DNA of 64,000 nucleotides from Clostridia bacterium (GTDB lineage Bacteria; Bacillota; Clostridia; UBA1212; DUPL01): NCBI GenBank assembly GCA_050951325.1, contig JBMNIW010000003.1, positions 288,001 to 352,000 of the forward strand, read 5' to 3'. Shown piece by piece: positions 19,889 to 30,360 of this stretch (position 1 is its first letter; each line of letters starts with the position of its first letter). The notes under the pieces were generated by a model. It saw only the letters and a program-made list of their open reading frames with translations, ran no database searches and was not told where the DNA came from. The position numbers and the translations under genes were made by a program.

Positions 19889-22523
19889 TAAAATCAAAAT
19901 TCATTCCAGTATCAATGCTCACCACCAACGGAACTGATAACTCAAAGGCATTTTCCATGCAACTCTTTAACAAGGCGATTACCTCTTCCTTCTCTTCTTT
20001 AAGGGCATCAATCAACAACTCGTCATGCACCTGCAGTATGAGCTTGGATTCAAGCTTCCTCCTTGCAAGCTCGTTGTACACCTTTACCATGGCAATCTTG
20101 ATAATATCGGCTGCTGTTCCCTGTATGGGCGTGTTTAGAGCTATTCTTTCACCAAAAGATCTAATCTGATTGTTGGAGGAAGCAAGTTCCGGCAAATATC
20201 TTCTTCTGCCCATCAAAGTCGTGACATATCCAAGTTTCCTGGCGCTCTCCACAATATCCTTCATGTATGCGGCAACACCCGGATATTTTTTAAGATAATC
20301 CGTCTTAAGCTGTTTTGCCTCATAAAAACTGATATTTAGATCCCTGGACAAGCCATACTCACTAATACCATATATTATACCGAAGTTGACAGCCTTTGCC
20401 TTGGAGCGCATTTCATACGTAACATCCTCCAAACCTACATTGAAAACCTTGGCTGCAGTTACTGTATGAATATCCTCATTGTTCCTGAAGGCTTCAATCA
20501 TCGTACTGTCCTGTGAAATGTGGGCAAGGACCCGCAGTTCAATCTGCGAGTAGTCGGCATCTATTAGGATATGGTTTTCGTCCCTTGGTTCAAAGGCCCT
20601 CCTTATATGCCTTCCTATCTCGCTCTTTATAGGCAGGTTTTGCAAATTGGGCTCCGTACTGCTTAACCTTCCTGTCGCTGTTGCCATCTGATTGAAACTC
20701 GAATGCACCCTTCCCGTCATAAGATTTATTGCTGACAAAAGCCCGTCAATATATGTCGACTTAAGTTTTGTATTCTGCCTGTATTCAATAATGCAGGGGA
20801 TTATGGGGTGGGCATCATAAAGCTTTTCCAAAACCTCAATATTGGTACTGTAACCTGTTTTAGTTTTCTTTTTTACCTCCAGCTTCAAATCCTCAAAAAG
20901 AACCTCGCCTAATTGCTTTGGCGAATTAATATTAAAAGCTTTCCCGGCATAATCATGTATCAAGCCTGTAAGTTCGTTTATCCTTTTGTCAAAATCCCTG
21001 CCTTCAGCTTTCAATATGTCAGGATTAACCCTGAACCCTGTATACTCCAAATCCGCAAGAATACATACAAGAGGAAGTTCCACATCCTCGAAGAGCTGTG
21101 TCTGTCCATCCTCCTCAAGCCTTCTAAAGGCATATTCCTGTATTTCCTTTAGTGCAAAAAGCTCATTAAGACTGCCCTGCTTTATTTCTTTTGATGTATA
21201 AAACCTGTATACATCCGTTATACCGTTTGACTTTCTGGTTGAATCGGACAAATAGGCACAAACAGCCACATCGCAGTACAAACCTTTAAAATCACAACCA
21301 TTGTTCTTAAGCCACAGAATAAATGGTTTTGCATCAAACAAAACTTTCTTTATACTCTCATTTTCAAATACAGAAGCAAACTTGTCCATAAAATTTGGAA
21401 CAAACAAGGCTCCTGGAAGTATTACCGTATAACCCACATTGGAGTCATCAAACCTGAAATTTACCTCGGAAAGTCCGCTATTGTCCAAGCTGTATGTGAT
21501 GTATGCAACATCAATCTTTTCAGGCAGTATTAAATTTGTCATATCATCGATACCCGAAAGCTCAACAACTTTCTCAGGAAGTATCATATCTTCTATGTCC
21601 TTATAAATGTTTTCCTTCTCAAAAACAACTTCAGCCTCTGGTTCAACCTGTTCCAGATTGAGTCTTTTAATAATTGACCTGAACTCAAGTTTGTTAAGAA
21701 CATTCAAAACCCTTGCAGGATCGTATTCCTTCCTCCTTGCATCCTCTTCAGTGATTTCAAGTGGCACATCCCTCATTATTGTAACAAGCTTCCTGCTAAG
21801 ATAAGCAATATCCTTGCCTTCCTCAAGCTTTTTCTTCAGCGCAGGCCTTGCAACCTTGTCGATATTCTCATATATCCCTTCCAATGAGCCAAACTCCTTA
21901 ATCAAGGAAAGAGCGGTCTTTTCACCAACACCGGGTATGCCCGGCACATTGTCCGACTTGTCGCCCATAAGGGCTTTTACGTCAATCAGCTGAGCTGGTG
22001 TCACTCCATACTTCTCATAAACAGCATCAACATCGTAAAACTCGGTATTTGTCTTTCCGCCCCTTGTTACAGGCAGTTTGACAACTACTTTCTCATTAAC
22101 CAGCTGCAAAGAATCCCTATCTCCTGTTAAAACAATGCAGCCTACACCCTTTTGAGAGGCTCTTTCACAGAAGGTGCCAATCAAGTCATCAGCCTCAAAA
22201 CCCGGTTTCTCTACAACAGCCACATTAAAGGCATGTAGAAGCTCCTTCAATAGCGGCATCTGGGCAGCCAGTTCATCCGGCATGCCTTTTCTCGTCGCTT
22301 TGTATTCTTCGTATTCTTCATGTCTGAAAGTGGGATGTTTTACATCAAAACAAACCGCAACATAATCCGGATTGTCCTCTTCCAGATATTTAAGGAATAT
22401 ATTTAAAAAACCGTATACAGCGCCTGTATACAGTCCCTCTGCAGTTTTCATAAAACTAGTTTCTGTTGCATAGTATGTTCGGTTAATAATACTGTTACCG
22501 TCCACAACCAAAAGTTTTTTCAT
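19881..22523 (-). CDS. polA: DNA polymerase I
   Basis: LVVDGNS 5'-nuclease domain, DYSQIELR, KAVNFGIIYG, LQVHDEL. Confidence 0.98.
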   Translation of the reverse strand: MKKLLVVDGNSIINRTYYATETSFMKTAEGLYTGAVYGFLNIFLKYLEEDNPDYVAVCFDVKHPTFRHEEYEEYKATRKGMPDELAAQMPLLKELLHAFNVAVVEKPGFEADDLIGTFCERASQKGVGCIVLTGDRDSLQLVNEKVVVKLPVTRGGKTNTEFYDVDAVYEKYGVTPAQLIDVKALMGDKSDNVPGIPGVGEKTALSLIKEFGSLEGIYENIDKVARPALKKKLEEGKDIAYLSRKLVTIMRDVPLEITEEDARRKEYDPARVLNVLNKLEFRSIIKRLNLEQVEPEAEVVFEKENIYKDIEDMILPEKVVELSGIDDMTNLILPEKIDVAYITYSLDNSGLSEVNFRFDDSNVGYTVILPGALFVPNFMDKFASVFENESIKKVLFDAKPFILWLKNNGCDFKGLYCDVAVCAYLSDSTRKSNGITDVYRFYTSKEIKQGSLNELFALKEIQEYAFRRLEEDGQTQLFEDVELPLVCILADLEYTGFRVNPDILKAEGRDFDKRINELTGLIHDYAGKAFNINSPKQLGEVLFEDLKLEVKKKTKTGYSTNIEVLEKLYDAHPIIPCIIEYRQNTKLKSTYIDGLLSAINLMTGRVHSSFNQMATATGRLSSTEPNLQNLPIKSEIGRHIRRAFEPRDENHILIDADYSQIELRVLAHISQDSTMIEAFRNNEDIHTVTAAKVFNVGLEDVTYEMRSKAKAVNFGIIYGISEYGLSRDLNISFYEAKQLKTDYLKKYPGVAAYMKDIVESARKLGYVTTLMGRRRYLPELASSNNQIRSFGERIALNTPIQGTAADIIKIAMVKVYNELARRKLESKLILQVHDELLIDALKEEKEEVIALLKSCMENAFELSVPLVVSIDTGMNFDFNE

Positions 22524-22601
22524 AAATTTAACTCCAATCATGTTTGTTTTTAGTATTATATCAAAATATTGCCCATGTCACAACCTGGACAATCAACCTT
22601 G

Positions 22602-22629
22602 ACCAGTTAAGGACATCATGCATATTATA
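22602..22629 (+). promoter_or_regulatory. Candidate mother-cell (sigmaK/sigmaE-type) promoter of the murA 5' half
   Basis: AC-N17-CATATTATA matches the sigmaK pattern AC-N16/17-CATAnnnTA; short motif, could be chance. Confidence 0.45.
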
Positions 22630-22660
22630 TATGTGTCAATGAATTACAGGAGTAGAACAT

Positions 22661-23002
22661 ATGGTTAAATATTGTATTTCCGGTGGCAACAGCTTGCACG
22701 GCACAGTCGATATATACGGTGCAAAAAACGCAATTCTGCCCATACTTGCTGCAACAATACTGAATAAAGGGAGCACGACACTCAGAAACTGTCCAAATCT
22801 TTTGGATGTCAACATTACCCTGGACATTTTAAGAGAGCTGGGATGCAGGGTTGAGCACAGCTTTGATACAGTACATGTTGATTCAAGCAGTATAACAACA
22901 ACGAATGTTCCTGCAGAACAGACAGGCAAACTAAGATCTTCAATGGTTTTCCTTGGAGCACTTCTTTCCAGATACAAGGAAGTTTCTATATCTCACCCGG
23001 GA
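22661..23002 (+). CDS. murA: MurA (UDP-GlcNAc enolpyruvyl transferase), 5' half, residues 1-114
   Basis: AGGAG RBS, GAKNAILPILAATIL (K22/N23), LRSS, ends ...ISHPG; similarity to MurA stops at the att-like site, although the ORF runs on to 23059. Confidence 0.93.
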
Positions 23003-23021
23003 GAGTGCGTTACCCTATTGA
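22984..23021 (+). other. attL-like recombination site (murA arm - GG - 17-bp arm)
   Basis: ttctatatctcacccg GG aga GTGCGTTACCCTATTGA; GG at 23000-23001; arm 23005-23021 is 16/17 identical to 53649-53665. Confidence 0.8.
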
Positions 23022-24155
23022 TTAAAATTTTACATATTTTGAATTCTTGGATATATTGAGAAGGATACCCATTGAAGCCATAAGGATGAGCAGCGAGGTT
23101 CCTCCATAGCTGAAAAATGGGAGCGATATTCCTGTTGCGGGCATTGATGACGTTACAACAGCCACATTCATAATCGTCTGGACTGCTACAATAGTTGTGA
23201 TTCCGGTAGCCAACAGTGTACCCAAAAGATCGTTTGCGCACGCCGCTATCTTGTAGCCCCTCCAAATAAATACTCCAAACAGGAACAAAACTATGAACAC
23301 GCCGAAAAAGCCCAGCTCTTCGGCCAAAATGGAGAATATAAAGTCATTGTAAGGTTCGGGAAGATAAAGATATTTCTGTACGCTCTGTCCAAGACCTCTT
23401 CCGAAAAGACCACCTGAACCTATTGCATACAGGGACTGGACAACTTGGTAACCTTCATCGGATGCAACTGAAAACGGATCAAGAAAAGCAAATATTCGCC
23501 TTCCAACGTGGGCAAACTTCAGGAACGCAAGTGCAACAACCCCAACACCGCAAACTCCAAGAAGGGCAAAGTTGTAAAAGGACACACCACCTACGAACAT
23601 CATGACAACCATCACTGCACCCAGTATCATTATGCAACTGATATGGGGCTGCAAATATATTAGACCCATCATAACAACAACGGGCAGCATATACATAAGA
23701 AGTCCCCACAAGCTTCTGGCCTTGTCTCGATACTTCGGATGGGAAAGCACGTACGAAACAAGGAACACAACAGTTACCTTTGCAACCTCTGATGGCTGGA
23801 AGGAAAGAGTTCCTGCTCCAAGCCACCTTTTCGCGTTGTTTCTAGTTATTCCTACCAGCAATACAAGAATAAGCACCCCGACTGTTCCTATGTACAAAGG
23901 AATTGTCAGCTTTGCAAGTTTTCTGTAATCAATGAAGCTGAATGCAATCATCAAGACAATTCCAAGAGTAGCAAACACCAGCTGCTTTATCAAAAGCTCA
24001 TACGAGTTTCCTCTGATTATGTGCGAAGATGCAGAGCTTGCACTAAAGACCATCATTGTTCCTATGCCGAGCAAAAGAAGAATGGTCATGAACAATAGAA
24101 AATCGGCTTGTTTGCTTCTTAAGTCCAGCTTTATTTTCGAGATTGTCTCAGTCAT
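23022..24155 (-). CDS. spoVE: SEDS glycosyltransferase FtsW/SpoVE
   Basis: Multi-TM, FQPSEVAK, GYQVVQSLYAIGSGG, LPEPYNDFIF, LPFFSYGGTS; after mraY. Confidence 0.88.
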   Translation of the reverse strand: MTETISKIKLDLRSKQADFLLFMTILLLLGIGTMMVFSASSASSHIIRGNSYELLIKQLVFATLGIVLMIAFSFIDYRKLAKLTIPLYIGTVGVLILVLLVGITRNNAKRWLGAGTLSFQPSEVAKVTVVFLVSYVLSHPKYRDKARSLWGLLMYMLPVVVMMGLIYLQPHISCIMILGAVMVVMMFVGGVSFYNFALLGVCGVGVVALAFLKFAHVGRRIFAFLDPFSVASDEGYQVVQSLYAIGSGGLFGRGLGQSVQKYLYLPEPYNDFIFSILAEELGFFGVFIVLFLFGVFIWRGYKIAACANDLLGTLLATGITTIVAVQTIMNVAVVTSSMPATGISLPFFSYGGTSLLILMASMGILLNISKNSKYVKF

Positions 24156-24180
24156 GCAAGCTACCCTCTTTCAAAAAAAT

Positions 24181-25155
24181 TCATATCACAAGACATATAT
24201 ATGCAGCAATACAGCAAATTAGAGTAAATGCCCAGAAAACATATACAACTTTTATCTCGCTCCATCCCTTGAGTTCAAAATGATGATGAATGGGAGCCAT
24301 TTTAAACAGGCGTTTCCCTTTTGTAAGTTTGAAAAATGAAATCTGAAGAATAACACTCAGCGCTTCTATTACGAACAACAAACCCGCAACAAGTAGGATT
24401 GTAGGCATTTTGAGCAATATTGCGCATGCACCAATTGCTCCACCCAATGCAAGAGCTCCTGTATCCCCCATGAAAAGCCTTGCAGGATTGTAGTTGAAAA
24501 GCAAAAAGCCCAAAACGCCTCCAGCCAAGGCAGTGGAAAAATACATGACAGAATTATTCTTTTCCACCAGAATTGACACCAGTGCAAAAAACATAAGAAT
24601 TATAAACGAGGTGCCTGCGCAAAGGCCATCAAGACCATCGGTCAAATTAAGCGTGTTTGTTGTACTCAGCAGCACAAGGATTGAAAAGGGTATGAAGGCA
24701 TAGCCCAGGTCAAACTCGGTATGTAAACCGAACAGATCAATGTTGATTACCGTGCCAAGATCCGCATTGTTGTTAATGTAATATGTGAAAATGAGTGATA
24801 CAATAAACAATAGTGACATCTTCTGATATGACAATAGTCCATCCTTGCTCTTCTTCACAATCTTTATAAAATCATCCAAAAATCCCACAAATCCAAAGCC
24901 AATGGTCACAAACAACAAGGGAAGAATTTCCGGAGCTTTTCCGTTGTAATGTAAAACCAACCCTACAATCACCAAGGGAGTCAGAAAAACAAGTCCACCA
25001 ATAGTAGGAGTGCCCGTTTTCTTGTAATGGGTGGCGGGACCGTCATCCCTCACCGTCTGACCAAATTTAAGTCTTCTCAATATTGGTATATATATTGGTC
25101 CAAATAGAGCTGCTAGAGCAAATGTACTTAAAAAAACAACAATAGCTACTGTCAT
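24181..25155 (-). CDS. mraY: Phospho-MurNAc-pentapeptide transferase
   Basis: KTGTPTIGG, GFLDD, NLTDGLDGL, FMGDTG, MAPIHHHFE. Confidence 0.97.
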   Translation of the reverse strand: MTVAIVVFLSTFALAALFGPIYIPILRRLKFGQTVRDDGPATHYKKTGTPTIGGLVFLTPLVIVGLVLHYNGKAPEILPLLFVTIGFGFVGFLDDFIKIVKKSKDGLLSYQKMSLLFIVSLIFTYYINNNADLGTVINIDLFGLHTEFDLGYAFIPFSILVLLSTTNTLNLTDGLDGLCAGTSFIILMFFALVSILVEKNNSVMYFSTALAGGVLGFLLFNYNPARLFMGDTGALALGGAIGACAILLKMPTILLVAGLLFVIEALSVILQISFFKLTKGKRLFKMAPIHHHFELKGWSEIKVVYVFWAFTLICCIAAYICLVI

Positions 25156-26564
25156 ATCCCCACATCACTTTCTCTCAAATATTCAACCACATGCCCCATT
25201 TTCATGGCATTGGAGCCTTTAACCAAAACACAGTCTCCTTCCTGCAGCATAAGCATCAGCTTCTGGGCTGCCTCTTTAGCATCCTGTGTATAATATGCGT
25301 AACAAACCTTTTTGTTTTCCATATTGTCCAACATGGACTCCATAACAGCTTCGACAATATTTCTGGAATATTTTCCGCAAGCAATTACTATGTCCACACC
25401 TTTTTCAACACATAATTTTCCCACCTTGTAGTGGTATTCGTCGGAATACTCACCAAGTTCCAACATATCTCCCAATACTGCAACTTTTCTGTTTTCAAAG
25501 GATTCAAGAACTTCCAGAGAAGCCTTCATCGACTCATAACTTGCATTGTATGCATCGTCAATTATTGTCACATTCCTGTTTTTTAGAGTGAAAATATTCT
25601 GCCTTATGCTGTCCCCTGTATAACTTTCGCAGGCAGAAACTGCCTCCTCAACAGGGACACCCAGACATTTTGCAATGCAGATTGCCACCAGGGAATTGTA
25701 CACATTGTGCTTGCCTTTAAGTTTCAAGGATACAGTGTACTCTTTGCCTGACTCATCCGTGAATACATATATGCTGTTTGAAGCATCATAATCTATGACC
25801 CTCATATAGTTGTCTTCATCAAAACCCACCTTAAAAACAGCAACATCACCGAAATCCCCCTGCTTCAGATATTCGTCATCCCCATTTACAACAAGGACGC
25901 CATCTCCTGCCATTCCAATTGTGATTTCGGATTTTGCTTTTAAGATGTTGTCTTTCGTTCCAAGAAACTCCAGATGATTTGAGCCAATATTGGTAATTAC
26001 CGCATGGGTAGGTCTTGCAATCCTGGAAAGATACTCTATCTGATTCAGTCCTCTCATTCCCATCTCAACCACTATTGCCTCTTCCTCTACAAGGTTGAGT
26101 ATTGTCTTGGGAAGGCCTATCTCATTATTCTCATTCAGTTTGCTTTTTAATGTTCTGAACTTTTTACTCAAAACTTCAAATATATAATCTTTTGTGCTGG
26201 TTTTCCCAACACTGCCGGTAACACCCACAACAATCAAAGGTTTTCCAAGCTTCTCTTCATAAAAATTCCTGTAAAAGGAGGCAATATCGCCATAAGCTGT
26301 CAATGTGTTTTCTACCTGAATAATATTAGTATTACCGCCGTCAATACTCTTATGTACCAGACACGCAACTGCTCCACTGTTAAAAGCATCCTGACAAAAA
26401 TCGTGACCGTCAAATTTTTCTCCTTCAATACAAACGAAAAGAGAACCTTTTGTTACTCGTCTCGAGTCGGTTACAATGCTTGTAATTTTTTCATCAATTA
26501 TTTTCTCGTTTAGCAGTTTGCCATTGGTACTGGCTAGTATCTGTTTAACAGTCAATTCAAGCAT
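25152..26564 (-). CDS. murF: UDP-MurNAc-tripeptide:D-Ala-D-Ala ligase
   Basis: TGSVGKTSTK, NNEIGLP, DDAYNAS, LGDMLELG, VKGS. Confidence 0.96.
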   Translation of the reverse strand: MLELTVKQILASTNGKLLNEKIIDEKITSIVTDSRRVTKGSLFVCIEGEKFDGHDFCQDAFNSGAVACLVHKSIDGGNTNIIQVENTLTAYGDIASFYRNFYEEKLGKPLIVVGVTGSVGKTSTKDYIFEVLSKKFRTLKSKLNENNEIGLPKTILNLVEEEAIVVEMGMRGLNQIEYLSRIARPTHAVITNIGSNHLEFLGTKDNILKAKSEITIGMAGDGVLVVNGDDEYLKQGDFGDVAVFKVGFDEDNYMRVIDYDASNSIYVFTDESGKEYTVSLKLKGKHNVYNSLVAICIAKCLGVPVEEAVSACESYTGDSIRQNIFTLKNRNVTIIDDAYNASYESMKASLEVLESFENRKVAVLGDMLELGEYSDEYHYKVGKLCVEKGVDIVIACGKYSRNIVEAVMESMLDNMENKKVCYAYYTQDAKEAAQKLMLMLQEGDCVLVKGSNAMKMGHVVEYLRESDVGI

Positions 26565-28042
26565 TAACTACACCTCTTGTCTTCTTCGTCCATTCTGGCA
26601 AGTATATCCCTAACAACCTCACGTTCATCAAAATGAATTACCTTGTCTCTGAAAATCTGGTAGGTTTCATGTCCCTTTCCAGCCAGGATTATAACGTCGC
26701 CAGGCAGTGCGTTTCTAAGTGCATATTCAATGGCTTCCTTTCTGTCCACAATACAAATATATTCCGCACCTGTGGGTTTGATACCCTCTTCTATTTCCTT
26801 GACTATCTTTTCAGGATCTTCCGTTCTGGGATTGTCGGATGTTATTATGGTAAAGTCCGCATATTTGCCTGCTGTCTCGCCCATAAGTTTCCTAGGCCTA
26901 TTTCTGTCACCGCCAGCTCCAAAAAGAAACACGCAACGCTTTGCAAATTCCTTAACTGTTGTCAAAATGTTAATAAAGGAATCTGGATTGTGGGCATAGT
27001 CAATAATCACGGTAAAGTCCCTGTTTGTTGGAACAACTTCCGCCTTGCCTCTTACTGTAACATCTCTGATGCCTTCAACAATTGTATCCATGTCAATACC
27101 TTCAATATGGCACGTTCCAATCGCTGCAAGAGAATTGTACACAGAAAAGGTTCCCGGACTGGATACGTAAACATGCCTCTTGTCCGTCTTGCCTTCTTTT
27201 GTCCCGTACAAAACATCATATTCAACATGGTCCGCATACTTCTTGATATTCACAGCCCTGTAGTCACAATCTTTTTCTATGCCGTAAGAATACACTTTCT
27301 TTCCATTTGAAGCCATCAAATCGAAATATTCGGAATCTGCATTTATTAAAGAATTTTCGCTCATTCCAAACAACATGGCTTTAGATTTTGCATAATCCTC
27401 CATGTCAGGATGTTCCGTCTCCCCAATATGATCCCGTGACAGGTTCGTAAATATGGCCGTTGAATAGGTGCAAAACTCGACCCTGCCCAGTTTCAAACCC
27501 TGAGAGGAAACCTCCATAACGCATACATTTATCTCCCTGTTCGCCATTTCATTCAGCAATCTTTGCAAATCGTTTGCCTCAGGCGTTGTTCTTTCCGTAT
27601 AAAGAATCTCATCATCTATCATGTTGTACATGGTCCCAATTAGACCGGTTTTGTACTTTGCCTTTTCCAATACGGACTTTATATAAAATGTGGTGGATGT
27701 CTTTCCTTTGGTACCTGTTACACCAATCAGCTTGAGCCTTCCTGACGGATGATTGTACAATCTGTCCGCCAGATACGGAAGACTTTTTCTTGTATCTTTT
27801 GTTTTGACTATTGAAACATCCCCTGTAACATCCACATCATCCGTCACAAGAAGTACTCCACAACCATTGTTTACAGCCTGCTGGGCAAAAGCATGCCCAT
27901 CCTGAACATAACCTTTTATGCAGACAAACATGCTGCCTTTACTGGCCAGTCTACTGTCCACCACAATATCCTCTATTTCCCTTTCAGCATTTCCTTTAAT
28001 ATACTCTATATCAAGACCTTTAACCAGCTCATTCAGCTTCAT
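26564..28042 (-). CDS. murE: UDP-MurNAc-dipeptide:meso-DAP ligase
   Basis: TGTKGKTST, TTPE, MEVSS, DYAHNPD, DNPR, AGKGHE. Confidence 0.96.
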   Translation of the reverse strand: MKLNELVKGLDIEYIKGNAEREIEDIVVDSRLASKGSMFVCIKGYVQDGHAFAQQAVNNGCGVLLVTDDVDVTGDVSIVKTKDTRKSLPYLADRLYNHPSGRLKLIGVTGTKGKTSTTFYIKSVLEKAKYKTGLIGTMYNMIDDEILYTERTTPEANDLQRLLNEMANREINVCVMEVSSQGLKLGRVEFCTYSTAIFTNLSRDHIGETEHPDMEDYAKSKAMLFGMSENSLINADSEYFDLMASNGKKVYSYGIEKDCDYRAVNIKKYADHVEYDVLYGTKEGKTDKRHVYVSSPGTFSVYNSLAAIGTCHIEGIDMDTIVEGIRDVTVRGKAEVVPTNRDFTVIIDYAHNPDSFINILTTVKEFAKRCVFLFGAGGDRNRPRKLMGETAGKYADFTIITSDNPRTEDPEKIVKEIEEGIKPTGAEYICIVDRKEAIEYALRNALPGDVIILAGKGHETYQIFRDKVIHFDEREVVRDILARMDEEDKRCS

Positions 28043-28057
28043 AAAACCCCTCAATTC

Positions 28058-30304
28058 TTAAGCCGTCTCAATATCTTCATTAAGCAGCTTTATTTCAACT
28101 ACTGACCCAATTTCAACCTGCTTTCCAGGCTCAATGCTCTGCGATACAACAGTACCAAGGCTTGAAGCTCTCATGTTAAGACCCCTTTCCTTCAACGCAC
28201 TGTACGCCTCCTCAAGAGTAAGACCCATAAGATCTGGTACTGTAATCTTTTCCTTTACAGACTCTTTCTCGGTGTATATGACCACCATTGAATCCTTTGA
28301 CACCAGAGCTCCAGGTCTAGGCATCTGCTCATAGATTCTGGCATCGGGATCAGTATAGTCCCCTACTATTCTATACGAAAGATTGTTCTTTTTCAACTCG
28401 TCAATAGCTTCAGATAATGTCAATTCTGAAAGATCGGGCACCTTGTACTTCACAAGCATCTTATCCTTGTCAAGCTCGGTGTATCTTCTTTCAACTTCCA
28501 TGTACTCCAGTATCTTCTCAATAAGTTCTCGTGCCACAGGCGCTGCCTGTCTTCCTCCTGATGTAACCCCAACGGTTGGATGGTCCAGTACGATTAGTAT
28601 CACTATTTGCGGGTTGTCTGCAGGAGCAATACCACAGAATGAAGCCACATATCTGCCTGTTGTATCGGTTTCAGGAGTCTGTGATGTACCGGTCTTTCCT
28701 GCCACACGGTATCCTGTTACGTATGCATTGCTTCCTCCGCCAGAAGCAACAGTTTCTTCCAGCATGGAAAGAAGAGTATTGGCAGTCTCTTTGCTCAAAA
28801 CCTGCCTTACTACCTTTGTATCGTATCTCATGACCACGTTGCCATGCTCGTCGGTTAGTTCCTTCACTATTCTTGGAGTCAAAAGATTTCCACCATTTGC
28901 TATGGCACTGTAAGCTGTGATTAGCTGAATCGGAGTAATCTGCAGTCTCTGACCAAAAGCCGCAACCGCCATATCAATTTCCTTGGGATCCTTATGTATG
29001 ATGCTGTCTGCTTCACCGGTAAGCCCCAGTCCTGTTTTTCTTGTAAAGCCAAAAGCATCCAGATATGAATAAAACTTTTTAATACCAAGCTTTAGGGAAA
29101 GCTTAGCAAATACAGGGTTGCAGGAATTCTTGATGGCTTCAAGAAAGGTCTCGTTTCCGTGGTCGTAAGTTTTCCTCCAGCATCTTATGGTCCAGCCAGA
29201 CAGCTTCAATGGAGCGTCATTGACAATTGTGCTGGGATTTGCTATTCCCTCCTCCAATACTGCAGCAGAGGTAATGGCCTTGAACGTCGAACCCGGCTCA
29301 TAGGTATCTGTTAGGGCCTTGTTCCGCCAAACAGTAGTGCTTAGTATTTGTACGGATTCGGAAGAGTTTCCGGTCCAAGATGATGGATCCATGTCCGGAG
29401 GACATGCGTAAGGGTCATTTAGATTGAAAGTTGGCCAGGATGCCATTGCAAGGATGTCTCCGTTATTCGGATTCATTACAATACCTGCAGCACCGCCGAT
29501 TACCCCTTGGTCTATAACGGCTTTCTGCAAAGCCTGCTCCACCATGTATTGTATTGTTATATCTATTGTAAGGGTGGCATTATATCCGTTTACCGGCTCT
29601 ATTCTTCTTTCAGCATCAAAGGGCAGTTCTACACCTTTTGCATCCACTTCCGTTACAATCCTTCCTGCTTTGCCTGCCAGCATTTTGTCAAGAGCAACCT
29701 CCACACCACATACAAGCCCCTGGTCATCACGACCTGTAAAGCCTAAAATGTGGGCGGCAATGGAGTTGTTTGGATAGTATCTCCTAACATCCTCGTCCAC
29801 ATGTACGCCTTTTATCTTGTTCTTCTTTATCCATCCCTCCACCTGTTCGCCTACTTCAACATCTATCTTTCTTGCAATTTCCTTGTACCTCCCTACGGAC
29901 TGAACTTTCTCTAGCACAGTCTCGTAATTTAAATCAAGAATATCCGCAAGGGCTCTTGCCACTAGTTCCTGATATGCTTTGACATCTCCTCGCGCTTCAC
30001 CTTCCTTGATAATTGTCTGCTGGTTGACAGAAACCTGTCTTGCATTAACACTTATCGCCAGAATATTCCCGTTTCTGTCGAATATCGTGCCGCGGTTTGC
30101 AGGTATTATTCTACCGTTGTTTTGCTGTAGATAAGCCCTCTTTTGATACTCTTCACCTCTTACGAATTGTATCCATGCAATGCGCAAAAGAAGGCCAAAT
30201 ATTATAATGATAAAAATAACAACAAGAGCAGCACTTCTATTGCCTGCTCTTATCTTCATCAGAGTTTCATTTGATTTCTTATTATTCTTATTAAAAAAAG
30301 ACAT
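28058..30304 (-). CDS. spoVD: Class B penicillin-binding protein with PASTA domains (SpoVD/FtsI)
   Basis: RGTIFDRNG, EPGSTFK, SCN, KTGT, two C-terminal PASTA-like repeats. Confidence 0.88.
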   Translation of the reverse strand: MSFFNKNNKKSNETLMKIRAGNRSAALVVIFIIIIFGLLLRIAWIQFVRGEEYQKRAYLQQNNGRIIPANRGTIFDRNGNILAISVNARQVSVNQQTIIKEGEARGDVKAYQELVARALADILDLNYETVLEKVQSVGRYKEIARKIDVEVGEQVEGWIKKNKIKGVHVDEDVRRYYPNNSIAAHILGFTGRDDQGLVCGVEVALDKMLAGKAGRIVTEVDAKGVELPFDAERRIEPVNGYNATLTIDITIQYMVEQALQKAVIDQGVIGGAAGIVMNPNNGDILAMASWPTFNLNDPYACPPDMDPSSWTGNSSESVQILSTTVWRNKALTDTYEPGSTFKAITSAAVLEEGIANPSTIVNDAPLKLSGWTIRCWRKTYDHGNETFLEAIKNSCNPVFAKLSLKLGIKKFYSYLDAFGFTRKTGLGLTGEADSIIHKDPKEIDMAVAAFGQRLQITPIQLITAYSAIANGGNLLTPRIVKELTDEHGNVVMRYDTKVVRQVLSKETANTLLSMLEETVASGGGSNAYVTGYRVAGKTGTSQTPETDTTGRYVASFCGIAPADNPQIVILIVLDHPTVGVTSGGRQAAPVARELIEKILEYMEVERRYTELDKDKMLVKYKVPDLSELTLSEAIDELKKNNLSYRIVGDYTDPDARIYEQMPRPGALVSKDSMVVIYTEKESVKEKITVPDLMGLTLEEAYSALKERGLNMRASSLGTVVSQSIEPGKQVEIGSVVEIKLLNEDIETA

Positions 30305-30360
30305 TTTGCATCCTCCCAGAAAGGTACATGTGTGTACATCCTATAAATATGCCTGACTTG

